DNA from: Planctomycetota bacterium
GTDB lineage: Bacteria; Planctomycetota; UBA11346
Direction: 5' to 3'
Assembly: GCA_038213805.1 (NCBI GenBank)
Contig: JBBQSO010000078.1
Span: 1-25,322, forward strand
Length of the DNA: 25,322 bases
A program made the position numbers and the translations under genes. Positions 6,796 to 15,065 of this stretch are shown here, piece after piece. Position 1 is the stretch's first letter. Every line of letters begins with the position of its first letter. Below the pieces are notes generated by a model. That model searched no databases, was not told where the DNA came from, and saw only the letters and a program-made list of their open reading frames with translations.

Positions 6796-9117
6796 TCAGT
6801 AGACCGGGAAGCTGCCGACGCGCGAGGTGCGCTGCGGCTGATTGTCGGGTCCGCCGCCGAGCGACAGGCTGAAACCGAGGCCGATGCGGCGATCGTAGAG
6901 CTCTCCGGTGCTGTTGTGCACGACGTCATAGAACAGGGTCAATTCACCATCGACCATGCGCCGCGTCAATTGCAGGGCCCACGCATCGATGAACGGACCG
7001 CCCGGCTGCAGCATGACGTCAGCATCGAAGCGGTAGCGGTTGCCGACCACGGTCAGCCCGGGACGGTGCTGCCAGGCCTGGTCGGCGACCACGGTGGCGG
7101 CGACGCCAGCTGCGGTCGGATCATGCTGCAGGGTGCCGGTATAGCGCAGCATGGCGTGCCGCGAAGGGATCCAGCTGATGGTGAAATCCAAGGCCTTGAA
7201 GCGCTGGTTGAGGTTGTCGTAGTCGGCGGCCCCGGTCATCGTCAAGGTCGGTGTGGGCGTGCCCTGAACCGTGGCCTGCACGTCGACCAGGCGCTGGCCG
7301 CTGGTCTGCAGGGTGCCGTCGTCGGCGGTATGCAGCAGGTCGCGCTGGCGCAGTCCCCAGAAAGAAACCACGCTCGCGACGAACAGGCCGCGTGTGCGGC
7401 TCAGCGCGGTATCGAAGCCGATGGTCAGGTAGCGCTGGTCCTCGTCGAGCAGTTCGCGCGAGTCGCCGAAATTGAAGGCTGGCAGATCCTGGCCATAGCC
7501 GCGGCTGGTGATGGCGACGCCGACGCGCGGGGTGAAGGTGTGGGTCAGGCCTTCGCCCAGCTCCCCGACCATGCGCACGCGCACGCCCGCCGTCTGGTAG
7601 TAGACGTGGCGGCCGGCGGCATCCTGCCGGTCAATTCCGGCGAGGCGGATGTCCTGATAGTCCAGTCCACGTACCCCGAGCCCCCCGTCGATGCCAAGGC
7701 CACCCATCCACTGCATGACCGACGCCGCGGTGTCGTAGCGCGTGCGCACGGTGGCGCTGTCGTCGAACTGCCGGCGCAGGTCTTCGGTCCAGAACTGGCC
7801 GCCGACGTGGAGCGGGCCGAGCAGGTGCAGATCGGGCACCACGCCTTCCACGCCCCACAGCCGGTCCGCGGTCCGCAGGAAGGGGTTGGCGCGGCGTTCA
7901 GTATCAACGGTGAAGGCGCCCAGGGCGTCGCCAACCGTCGCGGCGGCGCCCTGGCGCGCGAACGGCCTGGTCTCAAGGTCGCGGCGCAGGTAATCGGTGC
8001 GGAAGCGTTCGTCCGGCGGCAGGCCCGAACCGCTCAGGCCGAGACCGGGCGGATCGGCATCGGGCAGGGTCACGTAGCGCGCGGACAGCGCAGCGCTGGT
8101 GTCGCCGCCGGACGCGTGCAGGCGCTGCTCGGCGTCGAGCACGTGCGCTGAGCGCGTCTCGAGGTTCTCGCGCTCGTCCGCACCGCCCATGACGATCTCG
8201 TGCGGTGCATTGAACCACTCGACCTGGCCGGCCCCCCATTCCGGGCTGCGCCAGGAGGCGGTCGCGCCGTAGGTCTCGCCGGTGCGGCTGTACGCATCGC
8301 CGCGCAGCTCGAGGCGCGGGCGCCAGCCGAACACGTCAGGGAAGTCGCTGCCGATCCAGAAGCGCCCATAGGCGCCAAGGCGGTGCGTGCTGCCGGCCTC
8401 GAACCGCGTCCACGGGTAGATGTGGGTGAAGTCGCGGTAGGCCCACGGCACCCACAGCACCGGCATGCCCATCACCTTGGTGGTGGCCGAGACCAGCTTC
8501 AATCCCTCAAGGTCGCGCGCCGCCCCGTCCCGGCCGGGGTCCGGCTTGTCGCGCAGGTAGACGTGGGCGCTGGCCGCGTGCACGCTGACGATGCCGCCGT
8601 AGCCGCCGCGCAGGGTGACGTCGCCCAGCATCAGGTGGTGGCGGTCGAAGGAAACTCGCGCAGCCTGCAGCACCACGCGGTGGATCTGGTGCTCGACCTC
8701 GCGCTCGACAATGATCTCGACGTTCCAGGCGTCGCCGGTCTCGGCGCGCGGGTGCAACCCGATGCGCTCGGCGTGCAGGCGCACGCCAGGCATCACATAG
8801 ATGATGCGCCCATTGGCGTAAAGCTCGTCGTCCTTTTCGCTGTAGCGCATGGCGTCGCCGACCAGCACGCGCTGGTCCATGTGTGCGACGAAGCCGCGCG
8901 TGGCGACCAGCGAGTTGTCCGCACCGCTGAACGTCAGGCCGGGCGCCTCGAAGGCGATCGGGCCGCCGGGCGCGACGGGCAGGTCGGCCGCGCGCGCTGG
9001 CGCGCCCAGGCAGGTGGCCGCCAGCGTGCCGACGAGCGGCAGCAGGCGCGCGCGGGCCGGCGCGGTGACGGGGACGGCGGATGGGGCGGGAGCCGGACAC
9101 ATGCGGGCGGTCGCCAT
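6796..9117 (-). CDS. lptD: LPS-assembly protein LptD-like outer-membrane protein
   Basis: Signal peptide (LLPLVGTLAATCLGAPARA), OstA-like beta-jellyroll (LVATRGFVAH...VLVGDAMRYS...ELYANGRI...LHAERI), GMPVLWVPW segment typical of LptD, many amphipathic strands, C-terminal RRIGLGFSLSL. Start uncertain (9198/9117/9102). Confidence 0.7.
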   Translation of the reverse strand: MATARMCPAPAPSAVPVTAPARARLLPLVGTLAATCLGAPARAADLPVAPGGPIAFEAPGLTFSGADNSLVATRGFVAHMDQRVLVGDAMRYSEKDDELYANGRIIYVMPGVRLHAERIGLHPRAETGDAWNVEIIVEREVEHQIHRVVLQAARVSFDRHHLMLGDVTLRGGYGGIVSVHAASAHVYLRDKPDPGRDGAARDLEGLKLVSATTKVMGMPVLWVPWAYRDFTHIYPWTRFEAGSTHRLGAYGRFWIGSDFPDVFGWRPRLELRGDAYSRTGETYGATASWRSPEWGAGQVEWFNAPHEIVMGGADERENLETRSAHVLDAEQRLHASGGDTSAALSARYVTLPDADPPGLGLSGSGLPPDERFRTDYLRRDLETRPFARQGAAATVGDALGAFTVDTERRANPFLRTADRLWGVEGVVPDLHLLGPLHVGGQFWTEDLRRQFDDSATVRTRYDTAASVMQWMGGLGIDGGLGVRGLDYQDIRLAGIDRQDAAGRHVYYQTAGVRVRMVGELGEGLTHTFTPRVGVAITSRGYGQDLPAFNFGDSRELLDEDQRYLTIGFDTALSRTRGLFVASVVSFWGLRQRDLLHTADDGTLQTSGQRLVDVQATVQGTPTPTLTMTGAADYDNLNQRFKALDFTISWIPSRHAMLRYTGTLQHDPTAAGVAATVVADQAWQHRPGLTVVGNRYRFDADVMLQPGGPFIDAWALQLTRRMVDGELTLFYDVVHNSTGELYDRRIGLGFSLSLGGGPDNQPQRTSRVGSFPVY

Positions 9118-9301
9118 GGTGGGCGCGGCGCGGGCGGTGGCTAGTGGTGGATCGGGGTGCGCAGGGAAGGCGGCTGACGGCCGATCCCAGTTGCTCACAA
9201 CTGACCGGTGCGTGTCCCTGAACGCGAGGTGGTGCGGATCAACACACCTGCCTACAGCAATGACCGAAGTCAGCGCAGCGCGCCATGATGCTTCAACCCG
9301 C

Positions 9302-10501
9302 TCAGGGCTGCGGATAATTCGCCAGATCGGCCGGCGTCAGCCCACCCTTGAGTTCGCGCGCCTTGAGCTCGCGCGCCGCCGCCTTGCTCAACGGACCGAT
9401 CTTTCGCCCGAGCACAGTGATGAAGTAGGCGCGTTCCTCGCCGGTGCCCGGCTGGGTCACCGGCGCGGGGGCTGGTTTCGCGGCCGGTGTCGCTGCGCCT
9501 GGGCGCGACGCTGCCGCGGGCACCGGCACCGAGAGCGGACGCGGGGGTGGCGAGGCGGGACGCGAGACCGGGGTCACGGTCAGAGCGGCATCCTGGTCTT
9601 CGGCGATCACCGGCATGCCGTGCCCCGTGTAGTCGTCCTCCATTGGTCGGGCTGGAATCGGCGTGACGGCTGCGGGTGCCGGCGCCGCGCTGCGCGCCGC
9701 CGGGGCGGACTTCTGGTCTTCGGCGCGGAATACCGCCGTCGGCCGCACGACCGGGGTGGTGCCAGGACGCCGCGGTGCGGTGCTGGCAGGCGCGGCCGGG
9801 GCCGCGGGCGCTACCGGCCGCTGGGGGGCGACCGGCGCCGGCGGAGCCGCGACCGGTGCGCGTGCCGCCGTAACCACCGGCGTGCGCGGCATGCCGGGAT
9901 GCGGAATCAGCGATGCGGTCTTGGTCAGCGCCTCGGCCAGGGGTTCGGGGGTGAAGTCGGAGCTGTCGATGGCCGGTTCGATGCGGCTGTCGTCCTCGGG
10001 CATCTCGTCCTGCTCGAGGGGCGCGCGTGTGGTCTCGGTGTGGTCGGGTTCCGCAGGCTCGGCAGCGTCCTCGGCCCCATGGTCGCTCGATGGGGCGAGC
10101 GTGCCCTGGACCACCGGGGTGGCGGCGCGGGTTTGCTCGCCATCGCTGTGCGTGGTGTCCTCGTCCTCGGCGCGGCGTACGCTCACCGGTGCGGCGCCGC
10201 TGTCGACGATCTCGGCGACGATCAGCTGGGTCTGCCCGGCTTCTATGGCATTACCGGTGACCAGCGGCACGGTGCCGATGATCTGCTCGCCATCGAGCTT
10301 GCAGCCGTTGGTGCTGAGCAGGTCGATGACCTGCCAGGCGCCATCGCTGAACTCGACGGCGCAGTGTTTGCGGCTGAGCTTGAGATCGAGGATGCGCACT
10401 TCGCAGGCCGAGCCGCGGCCGATGTGGTAGCGCCGGCCCGGCTTGAGGTGGTAGGTGTCGACCTCGCCGTCGGGGCGCTGATGCTGGAGCCGCATGATCA
10501 T
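9302..10501 (-). CDS. FHA-domain protein with long Pro/Ala-rich linker and C-terminal GYF_2-like domain
   Basis: YHIGRGSACEVRILDLKLSRKHCAV...IDLLSTNGCKLDG has the FHA GR, SRxH and NG motifs. C-terminal YFITVLGRKIGPLSKAAAREL. GGAG SD before ATG 10501. Confidence 0.88.
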   Translation of the reverse strand: MIMRLQHQRPDGEVDTYHLKPGRRYHIGRGSACEVRILDLKLSRKHCAVEFSDGAWQVIDLLSTNGCKLDGEQIIGTVPLVTGNAIEAGQTQLIVAEIVDSGAAPVSVRRAEDEDTTHSDGEQTRAATPVVQGTLAPSSDHGAEDAAEPAEPDHTETTRAPLEQDEMPEDDSRIEPAIDSSDFTPEPLAEALTKTASLIPHPGMPRTPVVTAARAPVAAPPAPVAPQRPVAPAAPAAPASTAPRRPGTTPVVRPTAVFRAEDQKSAPAARSAAPAPAAVTPIPARPMEDDYTGHGMPVIAEDQDAALTVTPVSRPASPPPRPLSVPVPAAASRPGAATPAAKPAPAPVTQPGTGEERAYFITVLGRKIGPLSKAAARELKARELKGGLTPADLANYPQP

Positions 10502-10735
10502 CGGGACGCTCTCCGGGACGGTCACGCTCCGCAGCAGCCGTCCCCAGGCAAGCGAGCGGCAGCCTCTGGCGCGCTGCCGTGTCATCGGCAGGAAGGAGCG
10601 GCAGGGGGGGCAAGAGGCCGGAAATGACCTCGGTGCACGTCTAACCACCGGAGGTGCGTGACCTGCGGATCCTGCTGCCCTGCTGGCCTGCAGCGCCCTT
10701 CCATGCTCCTGCCTTCCCCTTCGCCCCTGGTGAAC

Positions 10736-10741
10736 TAGCCT
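10736..10741 (+). promoter_or_regulatory. Putative -10 box (TAGCCT) of a leaderless transcript
   Basis: TAnnnT hexamer 5 nt before ATG 10747; no SD present. Confidence 0.4.
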
Positions 10742-10746
10742 CCCGC

Positions 10747-11046
10747 ATGGCGATGCGCTTGGATGTGGAATTCGCCCGGCCGCTCAGCCGCCAGGACAAG
10801 TCCCTGGTGCTATTGGCGGCTGCTGGGCTGGCCAAGAGCGAACGTGTGCGGTTCCTGCGTGGCGACTACCGGGTGGTGGTGGTGGGCGAGGGGCTCAGCG
10901 TCCGGCGCCTGCGTGCTGCTCTGCTGGAACAGGGGCTTGGGCCGACCCACGTGCGCAGCAGCCTCGGTGAGGAGGAGGACGCGCATGCCGACGACCTGCC
11001 CGGTGGCGATGCCCCGGGTGAGCGGGTACGCGCGATCGGGCGGTGA
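10747..11046 (+). CDS. Small hypothetical protein (99 aa)
   Basis: MAMRLDVEFARPLSRQDK...; globular alternating alpha/beta pattern with an acidic tail; fills the gap between the FHA gene and mtnA. Confidence 0.65.
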   Translation: MAMRLDVEFARPLSRQDKSLVLLAAAGLAKSERVRFLRGDYRVVVVGEGLSVRRLRAALLEQGLGPTHVRSSLGEEEDAHADDLPGGDAPGERVRAIGR

Positions 11047-11137
11047 CCGGGGGCGCGCAGCGCCTATCCGTGACGGCCGGGGCTGAGGCTTGCCCGGACG
11101 GACCGGGGACGAGGATCAGCGCCCCGAGGATGACCCC

Positions 11138-12547
11138 ATGAAGCCGACCGTGCGCCCCAGCAAGCCGACCGCGACCGCCCGCAACGGGCAGCGCGCGTCC
11201 AAGGCAGGGACCAAGGCCAAGGCGCCGGTGAAAGCGGGGAAACGCACCAGCATGGCTCCTGCGGTCAGCGGCGCGCGAGCTGCGAAAGCAGCCAAGGGCG
11301 CAGCGCTGCGCCCGGCCAAGCCGGTTGCAAAGAAGGTCCGCCCGCCGGCTGCCGGGCGACGGTCCAAGGCCGCACCGGCCGGTCGCGCACCCAAGGTGCA
11401 GCCGATGGCCCCCCAGGTGGTGGCCAGCACCCTGCCTGCGGATGCCCTGCTCGTCCCCGCCGACCGCCCGCTGCGCGGCGTCGAATGGCGCGGCGGTCTC
11501 GAAGACGGCGTGCTGGTGCTGCTTGACCAGACGCGCCTGCCGAACGTGGTCATCGACCGCCAGGTGCGCGATCTCGAGACCCTGCGCGCGCACATCATCG
11601 ACCTGGTGGTGCGCGGTGCCCCGGCCATCGGCATCGCCGGGGCCTATGGCGTGGTCCTGCACCTCGCGCCCCTGGCCAAGTCAGGTGCTGGCGCCGACAG
11701 CCTCGAAGAATCGCTGCGCCACGCCCTCGACCGCCTCGTCACCAGCCGCCCGACGGCAGTCAATCTCAAGTGGGCACTCGACCGGCTGCGCGACTGCTAC
11801 GAACGCCATGTCGGCCATCTCACCGCCCAGGAGATGGTCGCGCGCCTGCTCATGGAGGCCAAGCGCATCCACCGCGAGGACGCCCAGTTGTGCGCGCGCA
11901 TCGCCGACAACGGTGCGGCGTTGCTGCCCGCGGACGGCGGCGTGCTGACGCACTGCAACACCGGTGCCCTGGCCACCGGCGGGGTCGGCACGGCGCTCGG
12001 CTGCATCGTGTACGCGGCGCGCGCCGGCAAGCGCATCCAGGTCTACGCGGACGAGACCCGCCCGCTGCTGCAGGGCTCGCGCCTCACCGCCCTCGAACTG
12101 CAGCGCGCGGGCGTGCCGGTGACCCTGATCTGCGACAGCATGGCCGCGCACCTCATGCAACGCGGGCGCATCCAGGCGGTGATCGTCGGCGCCGACCGCA
12201 TCACCGCCAACGGCGACGCGGCCAACAAGATCGGCACCTACGGCGTGGCGGTGCTGGCCAAGCACCATGGCATCCCGTTCTACGTCGCGGCGCCCTACAG
12301 CACCTTCGACCTGACCCTCGACAACGGGATGGACATCCACATTGAGGAGCGCAAGGGTGACGAGGTCCGCCGCCCCCAGGGCACGCTCTTCGCGCCCGCT
12401 GACGTGCCGGTCGCCAATCCAGCCTTTGACGTCACCCCGGCAGAGCTGATCACGGCCATCATCACCGAGCGCGGCATCATCCAGCGCCCCAACCGCGACA
12501 GCGTTGCGCGCCTGATGGCGGGCGACGCCTGGCAGCCGGCGGGGTGA
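11138..12547 (+). CDS. mtnA: S-methyl-5-thioribose-1-phosphate isomerase with Lys/Ala/Pro-rich N-terminal extension
   Basis: LLDQTRLP, VRGAPAIG, SRPTAVNL, LTHCNTGALAT, ETRPLLQGSRLT, VGADRI, ANKIGTY, NPAFDVTP. GAGGA SD before ATG 11138. Confidence 0.96.
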   Translation: MKPTVRPSKPTATARNGQRASKAGTKAKAPVKAGKRTSMAPAVSGARAAKAAKGAALRPAKPVAKKVRPPAAGRRSKAAPAGRAPKVQPMAPQVVASTLPADALLVPADRPLRGVEWRGGLEDGVLVLLDQTRLPNVVIDRQVRDLETLRAHIIDLVVRGAPAIGIAGAYGVVLHLAPLAKSGAGADSLEESLRHALDRLVTSRPTAVNLKWALDRLRDCYERHVGHLTAQEMVARLLMEAKRIHREDAQLCARIADNGAALLPADGGVLTHCNTGALATGGVGTALGCIVYAARAGKRIQVYADETRPLLQGSRLTALELQRAGVPVTLICDSMAAHLMQRGRIQAVIVGADRITANGDAANKIGTYGVAVLAKHHGIPFYVAAPYSTFDLTLDNGMDIHIEERKGDEVRRPQGTLFAPADVPVANPAFDVTPAELITAIITERGIIQRPNRDSVARLMAGDAWQPAG

Positions 12548-12981
12548 TGGAGCCCACCCCCGGCTGCGTGCGCCTGGCCCCGGGCGTGACCGTGCCGGCG
12601 GCGGCGATCACCGTCACCGCCTCGCGCGCTGGCGGGCCCGGCGGGCAGAACGTCAACAACACCTCCTCCAAGGCAGAGCTGCGCCTGCCGGTCGCCGCGA
12701 TCGTAGGCCTCTCCCCGGCCGCCGGTGAGCGGCTGGCCATGCTCGCCGGCTTCCGCCTGACTGCCGGCGGCGAGCTGCTCATCGTCTGCGACGAGACCCG
12801 CAGCCTGCGCACCAACCGCGAGCTGGCCATGGAGCGCCTGCGCGCGCTGGTGCTCGCCGCCCAGGCCGTTCCCCGTCCGCGCAAGCGCACCCGTCCCGGT
12901 CGCGGCGCGATCGAGCGCCGCCTGCAGGACAAGGCGGCGACCAGCGAGCGGAAGAAGGAACGGCGGAGCGATGGGGATTAG
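12547..12981 (+). CDS. arfB: Alternative ribosome-rescue peptidyl-tRNA hydrolase ArfB (YaeJ)
   Basis: SRAGGPGGQNVN (GGQ motif); basic C-terminal tail PRPRKRTRP...ERRLQDK...RKKER; TGATG overlap with mtnA. Confidence 0.93.
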   Translation: MEPTPGCVRLAPGVTVPAAAITVTASRAGGPGGQNVNNTSSKAELRLPVAAIVGLSPAAGERLAMLAGFRLTAGGELLIVCDETRSLRTNRELAMERLRALVLAAQAVPRPRKRTRPGRGAIERRLQDKAATSERKKERRSDGD

Positions 12982-13053
12982 CGTCGCTCCCCGGATAAGC
13001 CCGGGCTGCTCGCGCTTGCCTTGTCCGTCGCGGCGGCAGAGGATGCGCGACTC

Positions 13054-14016
13054 ATGATAACCGCGTGGCTGCCGGCCGAGAAGGGGCTCAAGAAGAACGA
13101 GTGCGACGCGCACGCGTTGCCGGAAGGCGCGTTGTGGATCGACCTCGTCGACGTCTCACGCGAGGAGGAGACGCTGGTCGAGAGCCACCTGGGCATCGAG
13201 ATCCCGACGCGCGCCGAGATGCAGGAGATCGAGGCGTCGAGCCGCCTCTACCGCGAGGGCGCCACCGCCTACATGACCGCGACCATGCTGATCAAGACCG
13301 AGACCGAGATGCCGGAGACCGCCGCGGTCACCTTCATCCTCTCGCGCGAGCGCATGCTTACCCTGCGCTATTCCGAACCGTGGTCGTTCCGCACCTTCGC
13401 GCAGCGCGCGCCGCGTTGCGGCGCCACCAACGCCGAGCAGGTCTTCACCACGCTTTTCGACACCACCGTCGAGCGCCTCGCCGACATGCTCGAACTGGTC
13501 TCGCTCGAACTCGACCACATCTCGCAGCAGGTGTTCCGGCGCAAGGGCCCCGGCTCCGACCTCGACCTGCAGCGCACGTTGACCAAGATCGGCACCTGCG
13601 GCAACATCCTTGGCAAGGTGCGCGAGTCGCTGCTCGACAAGAACCGCGTGCTGACCTTCTGCGAGCAGGCCACCCAGGACTGGATGTCGCCGGACGGCCG
13701 CTCGCGCATCCGCGCGCTGCTCCACGACATCCACTCGCTGGCCGACCATGCGACCTTCACCTCGGGCAAGATCAGCTTCCTGCAGGACGCCACCCTCGGC
13801 CTGATCAACATCGAGCAGAACCGCATTATCAAGCTGTTCTCGATCGCCGCGGTGATCTTCATGCCGCCGACGCTGGTGGCCTCGGTCTACGGCATGAACT
13901 TCGGCGACAAGATGCCCGAGCTCAGCTGGAAGTACGGGTATGAGTATGCCATCGGTTTGATGCTGATTTCGGTGCTGGGCACGCTGTGGTTCTTCAAACG
14001 GCAGCGCTGGCTGTGA
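13054..14016 (+). CDS. corA: CorA-family magnesium transporter
   Basis: LWIDL, EIEASSRLY, NIEQNRIIKLFS, PPTLVASVYGMNF (GMN motif), MPEL, two C-terminal TM helices. Confidence 0.95.
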   Translation: MITAWLPAEKGLKKNECDAHALPEGALWIDLVDVSREEETLVESHLGIEIPTRAEMQEIEASSRLYREGATAYMTATMLIKTETEMPETAAVTFILSRERMLTLRYSEPWSFRTFAQRAPRCGATNAEQVFTTLFDTTVERLADMLELVSLELDHISQQVFRRKGPGSDLDLQRTLTKIGTCGNILGKVRESLLDKNRVLTFCEQATQDWMSPDGRSRIRALLHDIHSLADHATFTSGKISFLQDATLGLINIEQNRIIKLFSIAAVIFMPPTLVASVYGMNFGDKMPELSWKYGYEYAIGLMLISVLGTLWFFKRQRWL

Positions 14017-15065
14017 ACGCACCTGCCCAGGGCGGCCGTGCGCCGTTCGCAGCTGCCCGCACCGGATACCCGGCCATGGCCATCGGTCTCGTCGTGCTGC
14101 TCGCCGGCCTGACCGGATCCGCCACCGCGGTCGAGCCAGTCCAGCGCCTGACGAAGCGCGTGGTCATCGTGGTCGTCGACGGCCCGCGCTGGAGCGAGAC
14201 CTGGGGCGAGCCCACCCGGAGTCACATTCCCCAGCGCGCCACCGTGCTCGCGCCGCAGGGCGTGCTGTTCACGCGCTTCCGCAACCAGGGTCCGACCTAC
14301 ACCAACGCCGGCCACACCGCGCTCTGCACCGGCGTCTACCAGGAGATCAACAACAGCGGCCTGGAGCTGCCCGGACACGCCAGCATCTTCCAGCACTACC
14401 TGGCCGCGACCAGGGCGCCGGTCACCGATGCGTGGCTGATCAGCAGCAAGGACAAGCTGCGCGTTCTCAGCGACTGCCTCGACCCGGCCTGGCGCCATGC
14501 CGCTACGTGCAGCATAGACTGCGGCGTCGACGGCAACGGCGGCGGTGGCTACCGCGACGACGCCATCACCGCGCAGCACATCCGGACTCTGCTGCCCCAG
14601 CACCATCCGCACTTGGTGCTGATCAACCTCAAGCAGGTCGACGCCTGCGGCCACGCCAAGGACTGGCCCGGCTATCTGCAGGGTATCCGCGACACCGACG
14701 CGATCGTCGCGCAGACCTGGGATGTCATCCAGCACGACGCAGAGATGGCTGGCCAGACCGCGCTGTTCATCACCAACGACCACGGCCGCCACCTGGACGG
14801 CATCAAGGACGGCTTCGTCAGCCACGGCGACGACTGCCTCGGCTGCCGCCAGATCGAGCTGCTCGCCATCGGCCCTGATTTCAAGCGCGGCGCAACCGTC
14901 GACATCGAGCGCGGCCAGATCGACGTAGCGGTGACCGCCGCGGCGCTGCTCGGCTTCGCCCTGCCCGACAGTCGCGGCACGGTCATCCCCGAATTGTTCG
15001 CCGATCCGGCGCTGGTGCCGGTCATCCCGACGGCCACGCCGGCGCCTGCGCGTCCGGCACCATGA
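14013..15065 (+). CDS. Exported alkaline-phosphatase-superfamily (sulfatase/phosphodiesterase-like) metalloenzyme
   Basis: Signal peptide; VVIVVVDG, TYTNAGHTALCTG (Thr nucleophile), DACGH and TNDHG metal ligands. GTGA overlap with the corA stop; ATG 14076 is an alternative start. Confidence 0.85.
   Translation: MNAPAQGGRAPFAAARTGYPAMAIGLVVLLAGLTGSATAVEPVQRLTKRVVIVVVDGPRWSETWGEPTRSHIPQRATVLAPQGVLFTRFRNQGPTYTNAGHTALCTGVYQEINNSGLELPGHASIFQHYLAATRAPVTDAWLISSKDKLRVLSDCLDPAWRHAATCSIDCGVDGNGGGGYRDDAITAQHIRTLLPQHHPHLVLINLKQVDACGHAKDWPGYLQGIRDTDAIVAQTWDVIQHDAEMAGQTALFITNDHGRHLDGIKDGFVSHGDDCLGCRQIELLAIGPDFKRGATVDIERGQIDVAVTAAALLGFALPDSRGTVIPELFADPALVPVIPTATPAPARPAP

Noticed and set aside
8849..10627. 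Long antisense or alternative-frame ORFs (e.g. 8849-10627 +, 16269-18005 -, 6703-8151 +, 3353-4528 +)
   Set aside because: Shadow ORFs of GC-rich genes; no motifs, and they lie opposite well-supported CDSs.
11047..11137. Possible SAH/SAM riboswitch upstream of mtnA (GGGGCGC can pair with GCGCCCC next to the SD)
   Set aside because: The SAH core GAGGRGCGCUGC...CCAGGCUC and a P1 stem are not matched; such pairing is expected by chance at this GC content.
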